NCBI GenBank assembly: GCA_037444665.1
Contig: JBBILZ010000024.1
Location: forward strand, 1 to 33,756
Source: a candidate division WOR-3 bacterium
GTDB taxonomy: Bacteria > Hydrothermota > Tepidihabitantia > SM23-42 > JAOAFX01
DNA length: 33,756 bases
Direction of reading: 5' to 3'
The notes beneath the pieces were generated by a model that ran no database searches, was not told the origin of the DNA, and saw only the letters and a program-made list of their open reading frames with translations. This document shows positions 10,318-18,960 of the stretch, piece by piece. The position numbers and the translations under genes were made by a program. The first letter of the stretch is position 1; every line of letters starts with the position of its first letter.

Positions 10318-11892
10318 TCACTGTTTAACGAAACGAAAAAGTTCCCTCTGGGAATTCACCTCCTTCATCATTTCCACTGCTTTTTTGATGAGCGGGTCAG
10401 TACCCGTTCTCCAGCGGTACATTTCTTTGCGCCCGAACAGATTTAGAATTATTTCCTGTTTTATACGCTCAGCAAGATTAACCTTTGCAGAATCAAATTG
10501 AGCAGGGGTAAAAACCATCTTTTTCTTCTCTTTCAAATATGTAGCAAAATAATCAAGTACCTTATCATCCACAACAAAGTTTTTATCAAGGTTTTTGTGA
10601 GTATTGGTATAATGCACTGCGAAATCAAAAAAATAACCTTTGATCCAGATATCGGTCTCCAATTTGGTAAATTTCTGGGGTTCAACTACAATATCTGGAG
10701 TAATCCCACCATTTCCATAAACCTTACGCTTTAGATTTAGTGTTATGTAAACATTCTTCTTACTCGTATCAACCTTAGAAACACTTGCTGAAGCAGATTC
10801 TTCAGCCGCAAATGGTTTATCAATACATCTTCCTAATGGTGTATACCACCGTGCGGTTGTCAACTTAAGGGCTCCACCATTTTCAAGTGGTATAACATTC
10901 TGCACTGAACCTTTACCAAATGTATATGTTCCGACAATCAAACTTCTATCCCAATCCTGAAGAGCTCCTGCTACAATTTCACTTGCTGAAGCAGTTCCGC
11001 CATCAACCAGGGTGACCATTGGAAATTCACCATAGGAATATAATCTCTGAGATTTGAATGTTTTTGGCAACTCAATCCTGCCTTTGGTTGTCACAATATC
11101 TTTGTTCGGATTGAGGAAGAATTCACTAATAGCAATCCCTTCCTGGAGTAAACCTCCAGAATTTCCGCGCAGGTCAAAGATTATTTTTTTCGCGCCCATT
11201 GCAAACAGGGAATCAAGGCCGTTTTTAAATTCTGTTTCAGCGGTGCGGGAAAAATTGGCAAGATAGATATAGCCGATATCGTCTGTCACCATACCATAAT
11301 AAGGAACTGCTTCAAGTTTAATGACTGCCCGCGTGATTTCTACATTGAAGGGTTCAGGAATTCCATCGCGTTGAATTGTTAATAAAACTTTTGTTCCTGG
11401 GATGCCACGAATCTGTTTGACAACAAGGTCAACACTTTTACCTTTGGTTGGGATACTGTCCACCATTATGATAAAATCACCCGGTAATAATCCTGCACGG
11501 TATGCCGGAGTGCCTTCAAGCGGTGAAATAATAACAATCTTCTCTTCCCTGGTTCCAATTTGAGCACCAATTCCTCCGAATTCTCCTTCTGTAGTCACCC
11601 GTAGTTGTTCGTATTCATCCTTTGTTAGATATTGAGTATGTGGGTCTTTTAAGGTCTCCAGCATTCCATCAATTGCACCCTTAATTAGCGAATCTGTATC
11701 AACCTCATCAACATAATTCTCCTCAACACTTTTGAGGATTGTGTTGAAAATGCGCAGAGTAGAATAAATATCCGATTTTGCCCAAACCCAGTGCCCAACA
11801 ATAAATAGCCCACAAACCAGTGGAATTATCACCAGGGGCAATATATAATACCGCGAAATGCTCTGCCACAAATTTTTATTCTTTACTATCAT
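10318..11892 (-). CDS. ctpA: S41 family C-terminal processing protease (PDZ plus peptidase), N-terminal membrane anchor
   Basis: DPHTQY, FGGIG (PDZ), DLRGNSGG, TASASEIVAGALQD (catalytic Ser), TFGKGSVQ (catalytic Lys), LKLTTARWYTP, GGITPD. Confidence 0.93.
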   Translation of the reverse strand: MIVKNKNLWQSISRYYILPLVIIPLVCGLFIVGHWVWAKSDIYSTLRIFNTILKSVEENYVDEVDTDSLIKGAIDGMLETLKDPHTQYLTKDEYEQLRVTTEGEFGGIGAQIGTREEKIVIISPLEGTPAYRAGLLPGDFIIMVDSIPTKGKSVDLVVKQIRGIPGTKVLLTIQRDGIPEPFNVEITRAVIKLEAVPYYGMVTDDIGYIYLANFSRTAETEFKNGLDSLFAMGAKKIIFDLRGNSGGLLQEGIAISEFFLNPNKDIVTTKGRIELPKTFKSQRLYSYGEFPMVTLVDGGTASASEIVAGALQDWDRSLIVGTYTFGKGSVQNVIPLENGGALKLTTARWYTPLGRCIDKPFAAEESASASVSKVDTSKKNVYITLNLKRKVYGNGGITPDIVVEPQKFTKLETDIWIKGYFFDFAVHYTNTHKNLDKNFVVDDKVLDYFATYLKEKKKMVFTPAQFDSAKVNLAERIKQEIILNLFGRKEMYRWRTGTDPLIKKAVEMMKEVNSQRELFRFVKQ

Positions 11893-12517
11893 AGTGATAC
11901 CCCTTTCTTGCCATTAAAATTTTTACATAATTAATGACTTCTTGCCTCAGTACATCAACTGACTTTGTTCCATCAAGAATTTTTATCCTTTTCTTTGCCC
12001 TGCGGGCAAGTTTCAGATATGCTGCCCGAACATCCCTGTGGTAAGAAAAACCCTGCTTCTCCATTCGGTCCGTGCACTTTCCTCTTGCCTGGCCATCAGC
12101 AATATCTATATCCACAAGAAAGGTTAGATCAGGCTTCAATCCGGCACTGGCATAGCGGTTGAAAATTGTCAGTAGTCGTTCAGGTTGTTTGCGTGCATAA
12201 ATTTGATAAGCATATGTTGAATCAAAAAACCGGTCAGAAATCACAATTTTCTTTTCCTGAAGTGCTGGAAGAATTTTTTCGTAGACGAGCTGGCTGCGTG
12301 CTGCCAGAAAAAGGATTGCCTCACATTTAGGATGTATTGAGCTATCTGGATTTAAAAGAATCTCCCTTATCTTTTCACCTATGATTGTTGTTCCTGGGTC
12401 GCGCACGAGAACATAGGGGATTCCCTTTTGTTCAAACCACTCGGCCAGTGCTTTTGCCTGAGTCGTCTTGCCCGAACCTTCAACTCCTTCAAAGGTAATA
12501 AATAATCCACGCTTCAT
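11876..12517 (-). CDS. tmk: Thymidylate kinase
   Basis: FITFEGVEGSGKTTQ, LFLAARSQ, ISDRF..ST.AYQ, PDLTFLVD; ATG at 12517 preferred as start. Confidence 0.95.
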   Translation of the reverse strand: MKRGLFITFEGVEGSGKTTQAKALAEWFEQKGIPYVLVRDPGTTIIGEKIREILLNPDSSIHPKCEAILFLAARSQLVYEKILPALQEKKIVISDRFFDSTYAYQIYARKQPERLLTIFNRYASAGLKPDLTFLVDIDIADGQARGKCTDRMEKQGFSYHRDVRAAYLKLARRAKKRIKILDGTKSVDVLRQEVINYVKILMARKGYHYDSKE

Positions 12518-12546
12518 TGACAATGTTTGTTAAGAACATCTTTTTC

Positions 12547-13662
12547 TCATTTTTTGCTTTTGGTAGGTACTTTTTTATTTATTGTTTTCACCCCATATTT
12601 TTTAATATATGCCTCGGTCTTTTCACGACAGATATAATCAGGATATTGAACTGGTGGGGATTTAAAGAAATAGCTTGATGGTTCAATTATTGCACCGCTC
12701 AATTTATTATCAAGTGCAAGTTTAGCACATCTGATAGCATCAATTACAACGCCCGCTGAGTTAGGCGAATCCCAGACCTCAAGCTTCAATTCAATATTGA
12801 GCGGCACATCCCCGAATGTTTTTCCTTCCAATCTCATATATGCCCATTTTCTATCAGTGAGCCAGGCAATATAATCTGACGGACCAATATAGATATTCTC
12901 AGCACCAATGTCGTATTTTAACAGCGATGTAACTGCCTGTGTTTTTGAAATCTTCTTGGATTGCAAGCGTGAACGTTCTAACATATTTAAGAAGTCGGTA
13001 TTGCCTCCAACATTTAGCTGGGACGTTCTTTCTAGCTTTACGCCACGGTCATTGAATAGATTCACCAGAACCCGATGCACAATGGTCGCACCAACCTGGG
13101 ACTTTATATCATCACCAAGCACGGGCAGACCTTTTTCAATAAACCTCTTCTGCCAGTATTTCTGGCTGGCAATGAAGACCGGAATACAATTTATAAAGGC
13201 ACAACGGGCAGTGAGCACCTGCTCAACATACCATTTTGTTGCCTCTTCACTTCCCACTGGCAGAAAATTAACAACCACATCAGTATGTGTCTCTTTTAAT
13301 AACCTAACAATATCTGCAGTAGGACCAGACGCCTTTTCAATGATCTGTGAAAGATAATAGCCCAGTCCATCATGTGTCATTCCTCTGACCACTGGCACAT
13401 TCAATTTAGGCACAGTGCAGAACTTATAAGTATTATTGGGCTTGGTATAGATAGCCTCAGCAAGGTCCTTGCCCACCTTATTTTTGTCAATATCAATTCC
13501 CAGAGAAAACTCAATATCATTTATATGATAACCACCAAGCCTGGTATGCATTATACCCGGGATTATCTGTTTTTCCTGGGCATTCTGATAATAATAGACA
13601 CCTTGAACCAAACTTGATGCACAATTTCCAACGCCTATAATCGCCACCCTGATCTTACCCAT
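12547..13662 (-). CDS. ino1: myo-inositol-1(3)-phosphate synthase (short bacterial/archaeal type)
   Basis: [71 protein letters not shown] 4 nt before the ATG at 13662. Confidence 0.95.
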   Translation of the reverse strand: MGKIRVAIIGVGNCASSLVQGVYYYQNAQEKQIIPGIMHTRLGGYHINDIEFSLGIDIDKNKVGKDLAEAIYTKPNNTYKFCTVPKLNVPVVRGMTHDGLGYYLSQIIEKASGPTADIVRLLKETHTDVVVNFLPVGSEEATKWYVEQVLTARCAFINCIPVFIASQKYWQKRFIEKGLPVLGDDIKSQVGATIVHRVLVNLFNDRGVKLERTSQLNVGGNTDFLNMLERSRLQSKKISKTQAVTSLLKYDIGAENIYIGPSDYIAWLTDRKWAYMRLEGKTFGDVPLNIELKLEVWDSPNSAGVVIDAIRCAKLALDNKLSGAIIEPSSYFFKSPPVQYPDYICREKTEAYIKKYGVKTINKKVPTKSKK

Positions 13663-13681
13663 CAAACCTCCTTAACCTCTA

Positions 13682-13709
13682 ATTTTACACTTTTTCATTA
13701 AAAAGTCAA
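13682..13709 (-). promoter_or_regulatory. Promoter TTGACT-N16-TAAAAT for ino1-tmk-ctpA (short leader with SD)
   Basis: -35 at 13709-13704, -10 at 13687-13682. Confidence 0.75.
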
Positions 13710-13721
13710 TATTATTCTCTT

Positions 13722-15569
13722 TCACAGATTTACTTTTAAAGAGCCAAAATGGAGTTGGAAATCCGCAATAATGCGGTCTAAAACTGATGCTTCAGCCGGT
13801 ACAGCAAACTGATAGATTCCTTTTCTGCCACAGATAATATACTTTATGAGATTATCTTCCATATTGTCGGGTAAGCTAATCACAAAATCCTGATAATGGA
13901 TAAAAATCTTATTATCAAGGTGAATTGAAAAACCTCCGAATTTGATATCTTTTGTTTGAAATCTCTCAGGTAAAGGAATAAAATCATCTTTTACCTCAGT
14001 AATTCTTTTTGCAGCAACAAGATAATTGACTTTGGTTTGATAAAAATCATCCGGCAATATTTTATTATTTTCATCACAAACCAATATATTTATCTGACCG
14101 GGTAAGCTAATATGTGCTGCGTTATTGGTGAGTTTAATTAATAGCACAGAAGCAAAAGAACTCAAAGAATAGAAGATAGCAATTGCACAGGCGATAAATA
14201 TTGTCCATTTTCGGATTCTATTATTAAACATAAGAAAAAAAAGAATTAGAAAGACCGGTGAAATATTCAGGGATATTGAAGAAAAAGGCAAAGAGGCAAA
14301 GAATCCGGCGATTTCTTTGAGCAACCATATTAACTGGTTAATAAAAAAAGAAATAAAATTTACTACAGGAGCGAAAAAGAGCGAAACAATAATTAAAATA
14401 AATAAAAGATAGATAACTACCGAAGCAAGAGGAACGATCAGAAGATTGGAAAAGATTGCAAGTGTGGGCAATTGATTAAAATAATGAATCAAAAAAGGGG
14501 ATACAAAAATCTGGGCAGAAAACGAGACTGCCATTGCCCAGAAGATTGGTTTGAGCACACCAATTTTTATGTTTTTTAAAAAAATACTGTTAATCTTGGG
14601 CAATACATATATTATTCCATATACTGCCGCAAAAGAAAGTTGTGCACCAATATCAAAAATCATAGCCGGATATACTATTACAAAAATCAAACAAGTCATA
14701 TTCACAATATGCAAAGCATCAACTTCCCGTTGCATCAAAAAAGAAAGTCCAAAAAAGAATGCCATAAGTGATGCCCTTAAAACACTGGGTCTGAATCCAG
14801 TGAGAGCTGCATAGAATAGCAAGGTAAGCATAATTATTAAAAATTTCAATTTTGGTGAAATGGGCAGAAATATTAAAATGGATCCTAAAAAAGTAATTAA
14901 AAACCCAATATGTAGTCCTGATACGGCGAGAATATGCAATACACCAGCCCGGGCAAAGACTGTTTTTAATGCCGCATTCAATCTACTACTGCCCCCTAAA
15001 ACAAGACCCCTGGCAATGAGCGCGCAATCAGAAGAGAGTGAATTTTGAAAGAGGTCATTTATATAACCATTTGCATTATTGACCAATTTTCCTGCAAAGC
15101 CATAGTAATCTTCACTCGCAATGATACTACCCACGATTACGTTTGGCTGGTGAATTTTTTTTGCAGGGATGAGTCTACCTTTAATAGTCACTACCTTGCC
15201 GAGATAATTATCAATTTTGAAAGTATTGTGCACAGCATTAAGTGAAAGTGGTATTGTATCTCTGTTGATGATAACAGAATTTACAACTAATCTCAATTTC
15301 ATCCGATTGTCATTCTGGTCCTCACCAATGACAACAGCCCTGTAGCATAATTCTTTGCCTGCTGGCAAATCTTGTTTTTGTCCATTTAAAAATGTATTCA
15401 ATGCAGAGAGCCCGGCTAATGTAACGAATAAAAATTCTCTTCTTAAGAATGAGAAAATTATAGAAAGGATAATTATTATGCAGTAGTGGATAAATGAAAA
15501 ACTGAATATTACACTAACTAATATCCCAATGATTACAGCAAGGAGAGCCCTTACTCCTGAAGATTTAAT
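13722..15569 (-). CDS. comEC: ComEC/Rec2 competence membrane protein; probable ATT start; degenerate C-terminal domain
   Basis: F..AGVLHILAVSGLHIG, G..PSVLRA.LM, QLSFAAV and NLL.VP motifs. The frame is open 56 codons upstream of the ORF-track start, up to an ATT at 15569 that is preceded by SD AAGGAGG. Confidence 0.88.
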   Translation of the reverse strand: MKSSGVRALLAVIIGILVSVIFSFSFIHYCIIIILSIIFSFLRREFLFVTLAGLSALNTFLNGQKQDLPAGKELCYRAVVIGEDQNDNRMKLRLVVNSVIINRDTIPLSLNAVHNTFKIDNYLGKVVTIKGRLIPAKKIHQPNVIVGSIIASEDYYGFAGKLVNNANGYINDLFQNSLSSDCALIARGLVLGGSSRLNAALKTVFARAGVLHILAVSGLHIGFLITFLGSILIFLPISPKLKFLIIMLTLLFYAALTGFRPSVLRASLMAFFFGLSFLMQREVDALHIVNMTCLIFVIVYPAMIFDIGAQLSFAAVYGIIYVLPKINSIFLKNIKIGVLKPIFWAMAVSFSAQIFVSPFLIHYFNQLPTLAIFSNLLIVPLASVVIYLLFILIIVSLFFAPVVNFISFFINQLIWLLKEIAGFFASLPFSSISLNISPVFLILFFLMFNNRIRKWTIFIACAIAIFYSLSSFASVLLIKLTNNAAHISLPGQINILVCDENNKILPDDFYQTKVNYLVAAKRITEVKDDFIPLPERFQTKDIKFGGFSIHLDNKIFIHYQDFVISLPDNMEDNLIKYIICGRKGIYQFAVPAEASVLDRIIADFQLHFGSLKVNL

Positions 15570-15582
15570 TTACACATCCTCC

Positions 15583-15966
15583 TTATGTGACTGGTTTGGG
15601 ATAGATAATCTCTATTAATTTGGGTTTTGCCTTATTGATTTCAATACGGGCAACCCCTGGATTTGAACCGACCGGCTTAAGGCAGGTATAGATAAAATAA
15701 TCATCGCCCACTGGCTGGATTATAAAAAATGCCTGCTGGGTTATCCAGATTAATTCATTCTCTACGCCAAGATTCAAATTTCTTTTTACTTCGCGCGATG
15801 AAAGCATCAAAGAAGATATCTCAGCATCATAAAGGTTAATGTCAAAATTTGCCTCAATAATATGCTGGGCAACCGAAATACCATCATAGCCCACAAGACT
15901 GGCATAAAGGCAACCCGGGATCTTCTCTGCAATTCTTTTTATTTCTTCGTGTAAATCATCAGCCAT
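15583..15966 (-). CDS. Roadblock/LC7 (MglB/MglC-like) domain protein
   Basis: 127 aa with IPGCLYASLVGYDGISVA and NPGVARIEI, a pattern typical of roadblock folds; SD AGGAGG. Confidence 0.75.
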   Translation of the reverse strand: MADDLHEEIKRIAEKIPGCLYASLVGYDGISVAQHIIEANFDINLYDAEISSLMLSSREVKRNLNLGVENELIWITQQAFFIIQPVGDDYFIYTCLKPVGSNPGVARIEINKAKPKLIEIIYPKPVT

Positions 15967-15995
15967 AAAACCTCCTAAAAAATCGTTAATAGTTA

Positions 15996-16553
15996 TTATG
16001 CCCTTTCCAGATATTCGCCTGTTTCAGTATCAATCTTTATTAAATCCCCGACCTCAACAAATGGAGGAACCTGACATTTATAACCGCCCTCAAGCACTGC
16101 CGGCTTGGTCTGTGCCTGGGCAGTAGCATCTTTAATATATGCCTGCGTCTCCACAACCTTCAATGTAACGGTTTTGGGTAAGATTATACCGAAAGGCTTT
16201 CCTTCAAAAAATTCAACTTTGACTCTGATATTGGGTGTTAATAATTTTGCATTCTCACCGAGCAGTTCTTCATCCAGGGGAATCTGCTCATAATTTTCCA
16301 GGTTCATAAAATAATACTTACCATCAGCAAAATAGATGTATTCCATCTCAATCTCTTCCACATCTGCTTCTTCAACACGTTCTGTAGAACGAAATCGCAT
16401 TTCTTTTGAAATGCCACTGGTAAGATTTCTTATCCGACAGACCACCATTCCCCGCCAGTTTCCAGGTGTTATATGGGTAACAGATAAAACAACATAAGGG
16501 TCATTATCAATTTTAATAAGCATTCCTTTTTTTAACTGTGTGACCTGTATCAT
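15996..16553 (-). CDS. efp: Translation elongation factor P (loop PGNW)
   Basis: LKKGMLI, H.TPG, FRS.E.V, YYFMN.ENYEQ, KPA.LE.G...VPPFV..GD.IKIDT.TGEYLER. Confidence 0.95.
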   Translation of the reverse strand: MIQVTQLKKGMLIKIDNDPYVVLSVTHITPGNWRGMVVCRIRNLTSGISKEMRFRSTERVEEADVEEIEMEYIYFADGKYYFMNLENYEQIPLDEELLGENAKLLTPNIRVKVEFFEGKPFGIILPKTVTLKVVETQAYIKDATAQAQTKPAVLEGGYKCQVPPFVEVGDLIKIDTETGEYLERA

Positions 16554-17893
16554 TTTACCTCCCGACGATATGTACTTTCATTTAAATTATCATTAATAAT
16601 AATACCTAAATCATTCAATTTTTTTCTGATTTCATCAGCCATTTCATATTGTTTATTTTTGCGCAATTGGTTTCTTAAATGCAAAATTATTTCTAATAAT
16701 TTCGGTAAAAGGTCATCTGTTTCTCTTTTTTCTTCAACAAAACCTAATATTTTAAGGTATTGCCTTATGCTTTCTGCAATCCCAATATCATCTGTCTCGT
16801 ATCCTTTATTAATCAATTCAAAAATTATACCCAATGCCTGAGGTGTATTTAAATCATCATTCATTGCCGCAGTGAATTCATCCAATCTTTGCATATTTGA
16901 ATTTTTATCACCCCTACCAAATTTATCAAGAAATGTTTGAATCCTTGAATATGCTGACCTTGCCTCTTCAAGGCGCTCTTTAGAAAACTCAATCGGGCTG
17001 CGATAATGTGTCTTCAATAGAAATAGTCTGATCACATTTGCTGAAAAATCTCTAACAATCTCTTCTATCAAAAAATACCTTCCTGTAGATTTTGACATCT
17101 TTTCACCAGTAATATTGACCATTCCATTATGTAACCAATATTGAACAAATTTTTTGCCAGTAGCACCCTCAGACTGGGCAATTTCATTTTCGTGATGAGG
17201 GAATATCAGGTCTTCACCACCGGTATGGATATCAAATGTTTCACCGAGATAATGCATAGACATCGCTGAACATTCTATGTGCCAGCCTGGCCGTCCCCTT
17301 CCCCATGGACTCAACCAGTATGGTTCATCTGGTTTTGCTGATTTCCAGAGGGCAAAATCTAATGGGTCCTCTTTAAGTTCAGTTGGTTCAATGCGTGCAC
17401 CACTGAGCAATTCGTCTATGCTCTTTTTTGATAACTTTCCATAATCAGAAAATTTGCGCACACGGAAATATACATCGCCTGAATTCTCATACGCCAAACC
17501 CTTTTGTATCAAGCGTTGAATGAGCATAATTATCTCTTCAATATGTTGTGATGCCCTCGGGTAAAATTGCGGTTTAACGATATTCAAAAACTCACACATT
17601 TTAATGTACTTATGGATATTTTCTTCCGCAATCATTCTCCAATCCATATTGAGTTCTTTCTGCTTTTTAATAATTTTGTCATCAACATCAGTGAAATTTT
17701 CAACTGCCTTGACATTGTAACCCAGATGTATGAGCCAGCGCAACAATATATCACGGGTAATTGCTGCCCTGATGTGTCCAACATGAGGAGGACCCTGCAC
17801 AGTCAATCCACAGGAATAGATACACACTGTTTCGTTCTGTGGTTTAAATTCCTCAAGTCTGCTCGTCAGAGTATTAAATAACTTCAAAGACAT
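16550..17893 (-). CDS. cysS: Cysteine--tRNA ligase
   Basis: CGLTV, HVGH (HIGH motif), NFTDVDDKII, DFALWK, GRPGWHIECSAM, DL.FPHHENE, KMSKS. Confidence 0.97.
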   Translation of the reverse strand: MSLKLFNTLTSRLEEFKPQNETVCIYSCGLTVQGPPHVGHIRAAITRDILLRWLIHLGYNVKAVENFTDVDDKIIKKQKELNMDWRMIAEENIHKYIKMCEFLNIVKPQFYPRASQHIEEIIMLIQRLIQKGLAYENSGDVYFRVRKFSDYGKLSKKSIDELLSGARIEPTELKEDPLDFALWKSAKPDEPYWLSPWGRGRPGWHIECSAMSMHYLGETFDIHTGGEDLIFPHHENEIAQSEGATGKKFVQYWLHNGMVNITGEKMSKSTGRYFLIEEIVRDFSANVIRLFLLKTHYRSPIEFSKERLEEARSAYSRIQTFLDKFGRGDKNSNMQRLDEFTAAMNDDLNTPQALGIIFELINKGYETDDIGIAESIRQYLKILGFVEEKRETDDLLPKLLEIILHLRNQLRKNKQYEMADEIRKKLNDLGIIINDNLNESTYRREVK

Positions 17894-17894
17894 A

Positions 17895-18890
17895 TTACAA
17901 ATTTCTTAGGTAAGCACTTGCTGCAGCAATCCTTACAAGCGGGTTTGGTGCAGATAATAATTTCTCAAATAACTTTAAATTTTCTTTTTTCTGATATTTT
18001 GCAAGCGCATTTATCGCACTGATTGAGACATTAATATATTCGTCTTTTGTGGCTTGCTTTAATAATTCATAAAAATCAGGTAGGAGAAAGTGACCCATAG
18101 CTTCAACCGCTTTAACCCGGATAAAAGGATCTGGAGATAGAATTCCAGATTTTAGAATTTCAACACCGGAATTATTTTTAAGCATAAGGAGTGCCTCTGC
18201 TGATGCAATGCGTAGGTCCCAGGGTGTATCAGTTAAGAGTTCTTTTATGTAGGGGATTGCCGATGTATCACCAAGTTCACCAAGGCTCAAAACCGCAAAT
18301 GCCCAGATTTCAGGGTTGGGATTTTTTGGGTCCATCTCCATTTTTATGAAGTCTTTTGCCTGTGTATTCCCCAGCATACCGAGTGATTTTGCTGCACTAA
18401 TTCTGACAAGTGGGTCACTATCCTTCAAACCATTCATTATCAAACGGACATCTTTGAAATTGACCAGACCCTGGTATGCGTAACGCCTGACCCGGGCAAT
18501 ACGGTCATTCGCACCATTAATAAGAATGTTCTTATAGTTTGTATCCCTGCTAAGCGCAATCAAGTGAAAGGCTTCGGTCCGAACAAGCGGTTCAGAATGG
18601 CTACTCAATTTTGCGATAACCGGAGAATATGTCTGCTCTTCCAGCGTATAAAGAGCACCAAGTGATGCAACAATAGCATCACTATTCCCATTCTGAAGCA
18701 TTTTGTATAGAATCTCATAACCGTCTCTATTGCCTGTTTCAATGAGCGCCTTTGCCGCATTTATCTGAATAACCTCTGACCTATCCTTTAATCCTTCATT
18801 CAGAATAGTAAGTGCCTTTTCTCGTGGATTAACACCACAGCCAATAATGCTCGTCAAAAGCAGAACCGTATATATCGCAAAATACCTCAT
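17895..18890 (-). CDS. HEAT/PBS-lyase repeat protein, probable lipoprotein
   Basis: Repeats of L.D.DPLVR..AA..LG; signal peptide ending in IIGC (lipobox-like). Confidence 0.8.
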   Translation of the reverse strand: MRYFAIYTVLLLTSIIGCGVNPREKALTILNEGLKDRSEVIQINAAKALIETGNRDGYEILYKMLQNGNSDAIVASLGALYTLEEQTYSPVIAKLSSHSEPLVRTEAFHLIALSRDTNYKNILINGANDRIARVRRYAYQGLVNFKDVRLIMNGLKDSDPLVRISAAKSLGMLGNTQAKDFIKMEMDPKNPNPEIWAFAVLSLGELGDTSAIPYIKELLTDTPWDLRIASAEALLMLKNNSGVEILKSGILSPDPFIRVKAVEAMGHFLLPDFYELLKQATKDEYINVSISAINALAKYQKKENLKLFEKLLSAPNPLVRIAAASAYLRNL

Positions 18891-18895
18891 AAAAT

Positions 18896-18923
18896 ATTAT
18901 AGCCATTTTTTAAATTGTGTCAA
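18896..18923 (-). promoter_or_regulatory. Promoter TTGACA-N16-TATAAT, 5 nt before ATG (leaderless); heads HEAT-cysS-efp-roadblock-comEC
   Basis: -35 at 18923-18918, -10 at 18901-18896, ATG at 18890. Confidence 0.85.
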
Positions 18924-18926
18924 CCC

Positions 18927-18954
18927 TTGACAACCCTGCCCAATTCTATATAAT
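18927..18954 (+). promoter_or_regulatory. Promoter TTGACA-N16-TATAAT, 6 nt before ATG (leaderless); divergent partner of the previous promoter
   Basis: -35 at 18927-18932, -10 at 18949-18954, ATG at 18961. Confidence 0.85.
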
Positions 18955-18960
18955 TAAATA

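Noticed and set aside
12517..12545. Plus-strand TTGACA at the tmk start as an antisense promoter
   Set aside because: There is no -10 hexamer at 16-17 bp spacing.
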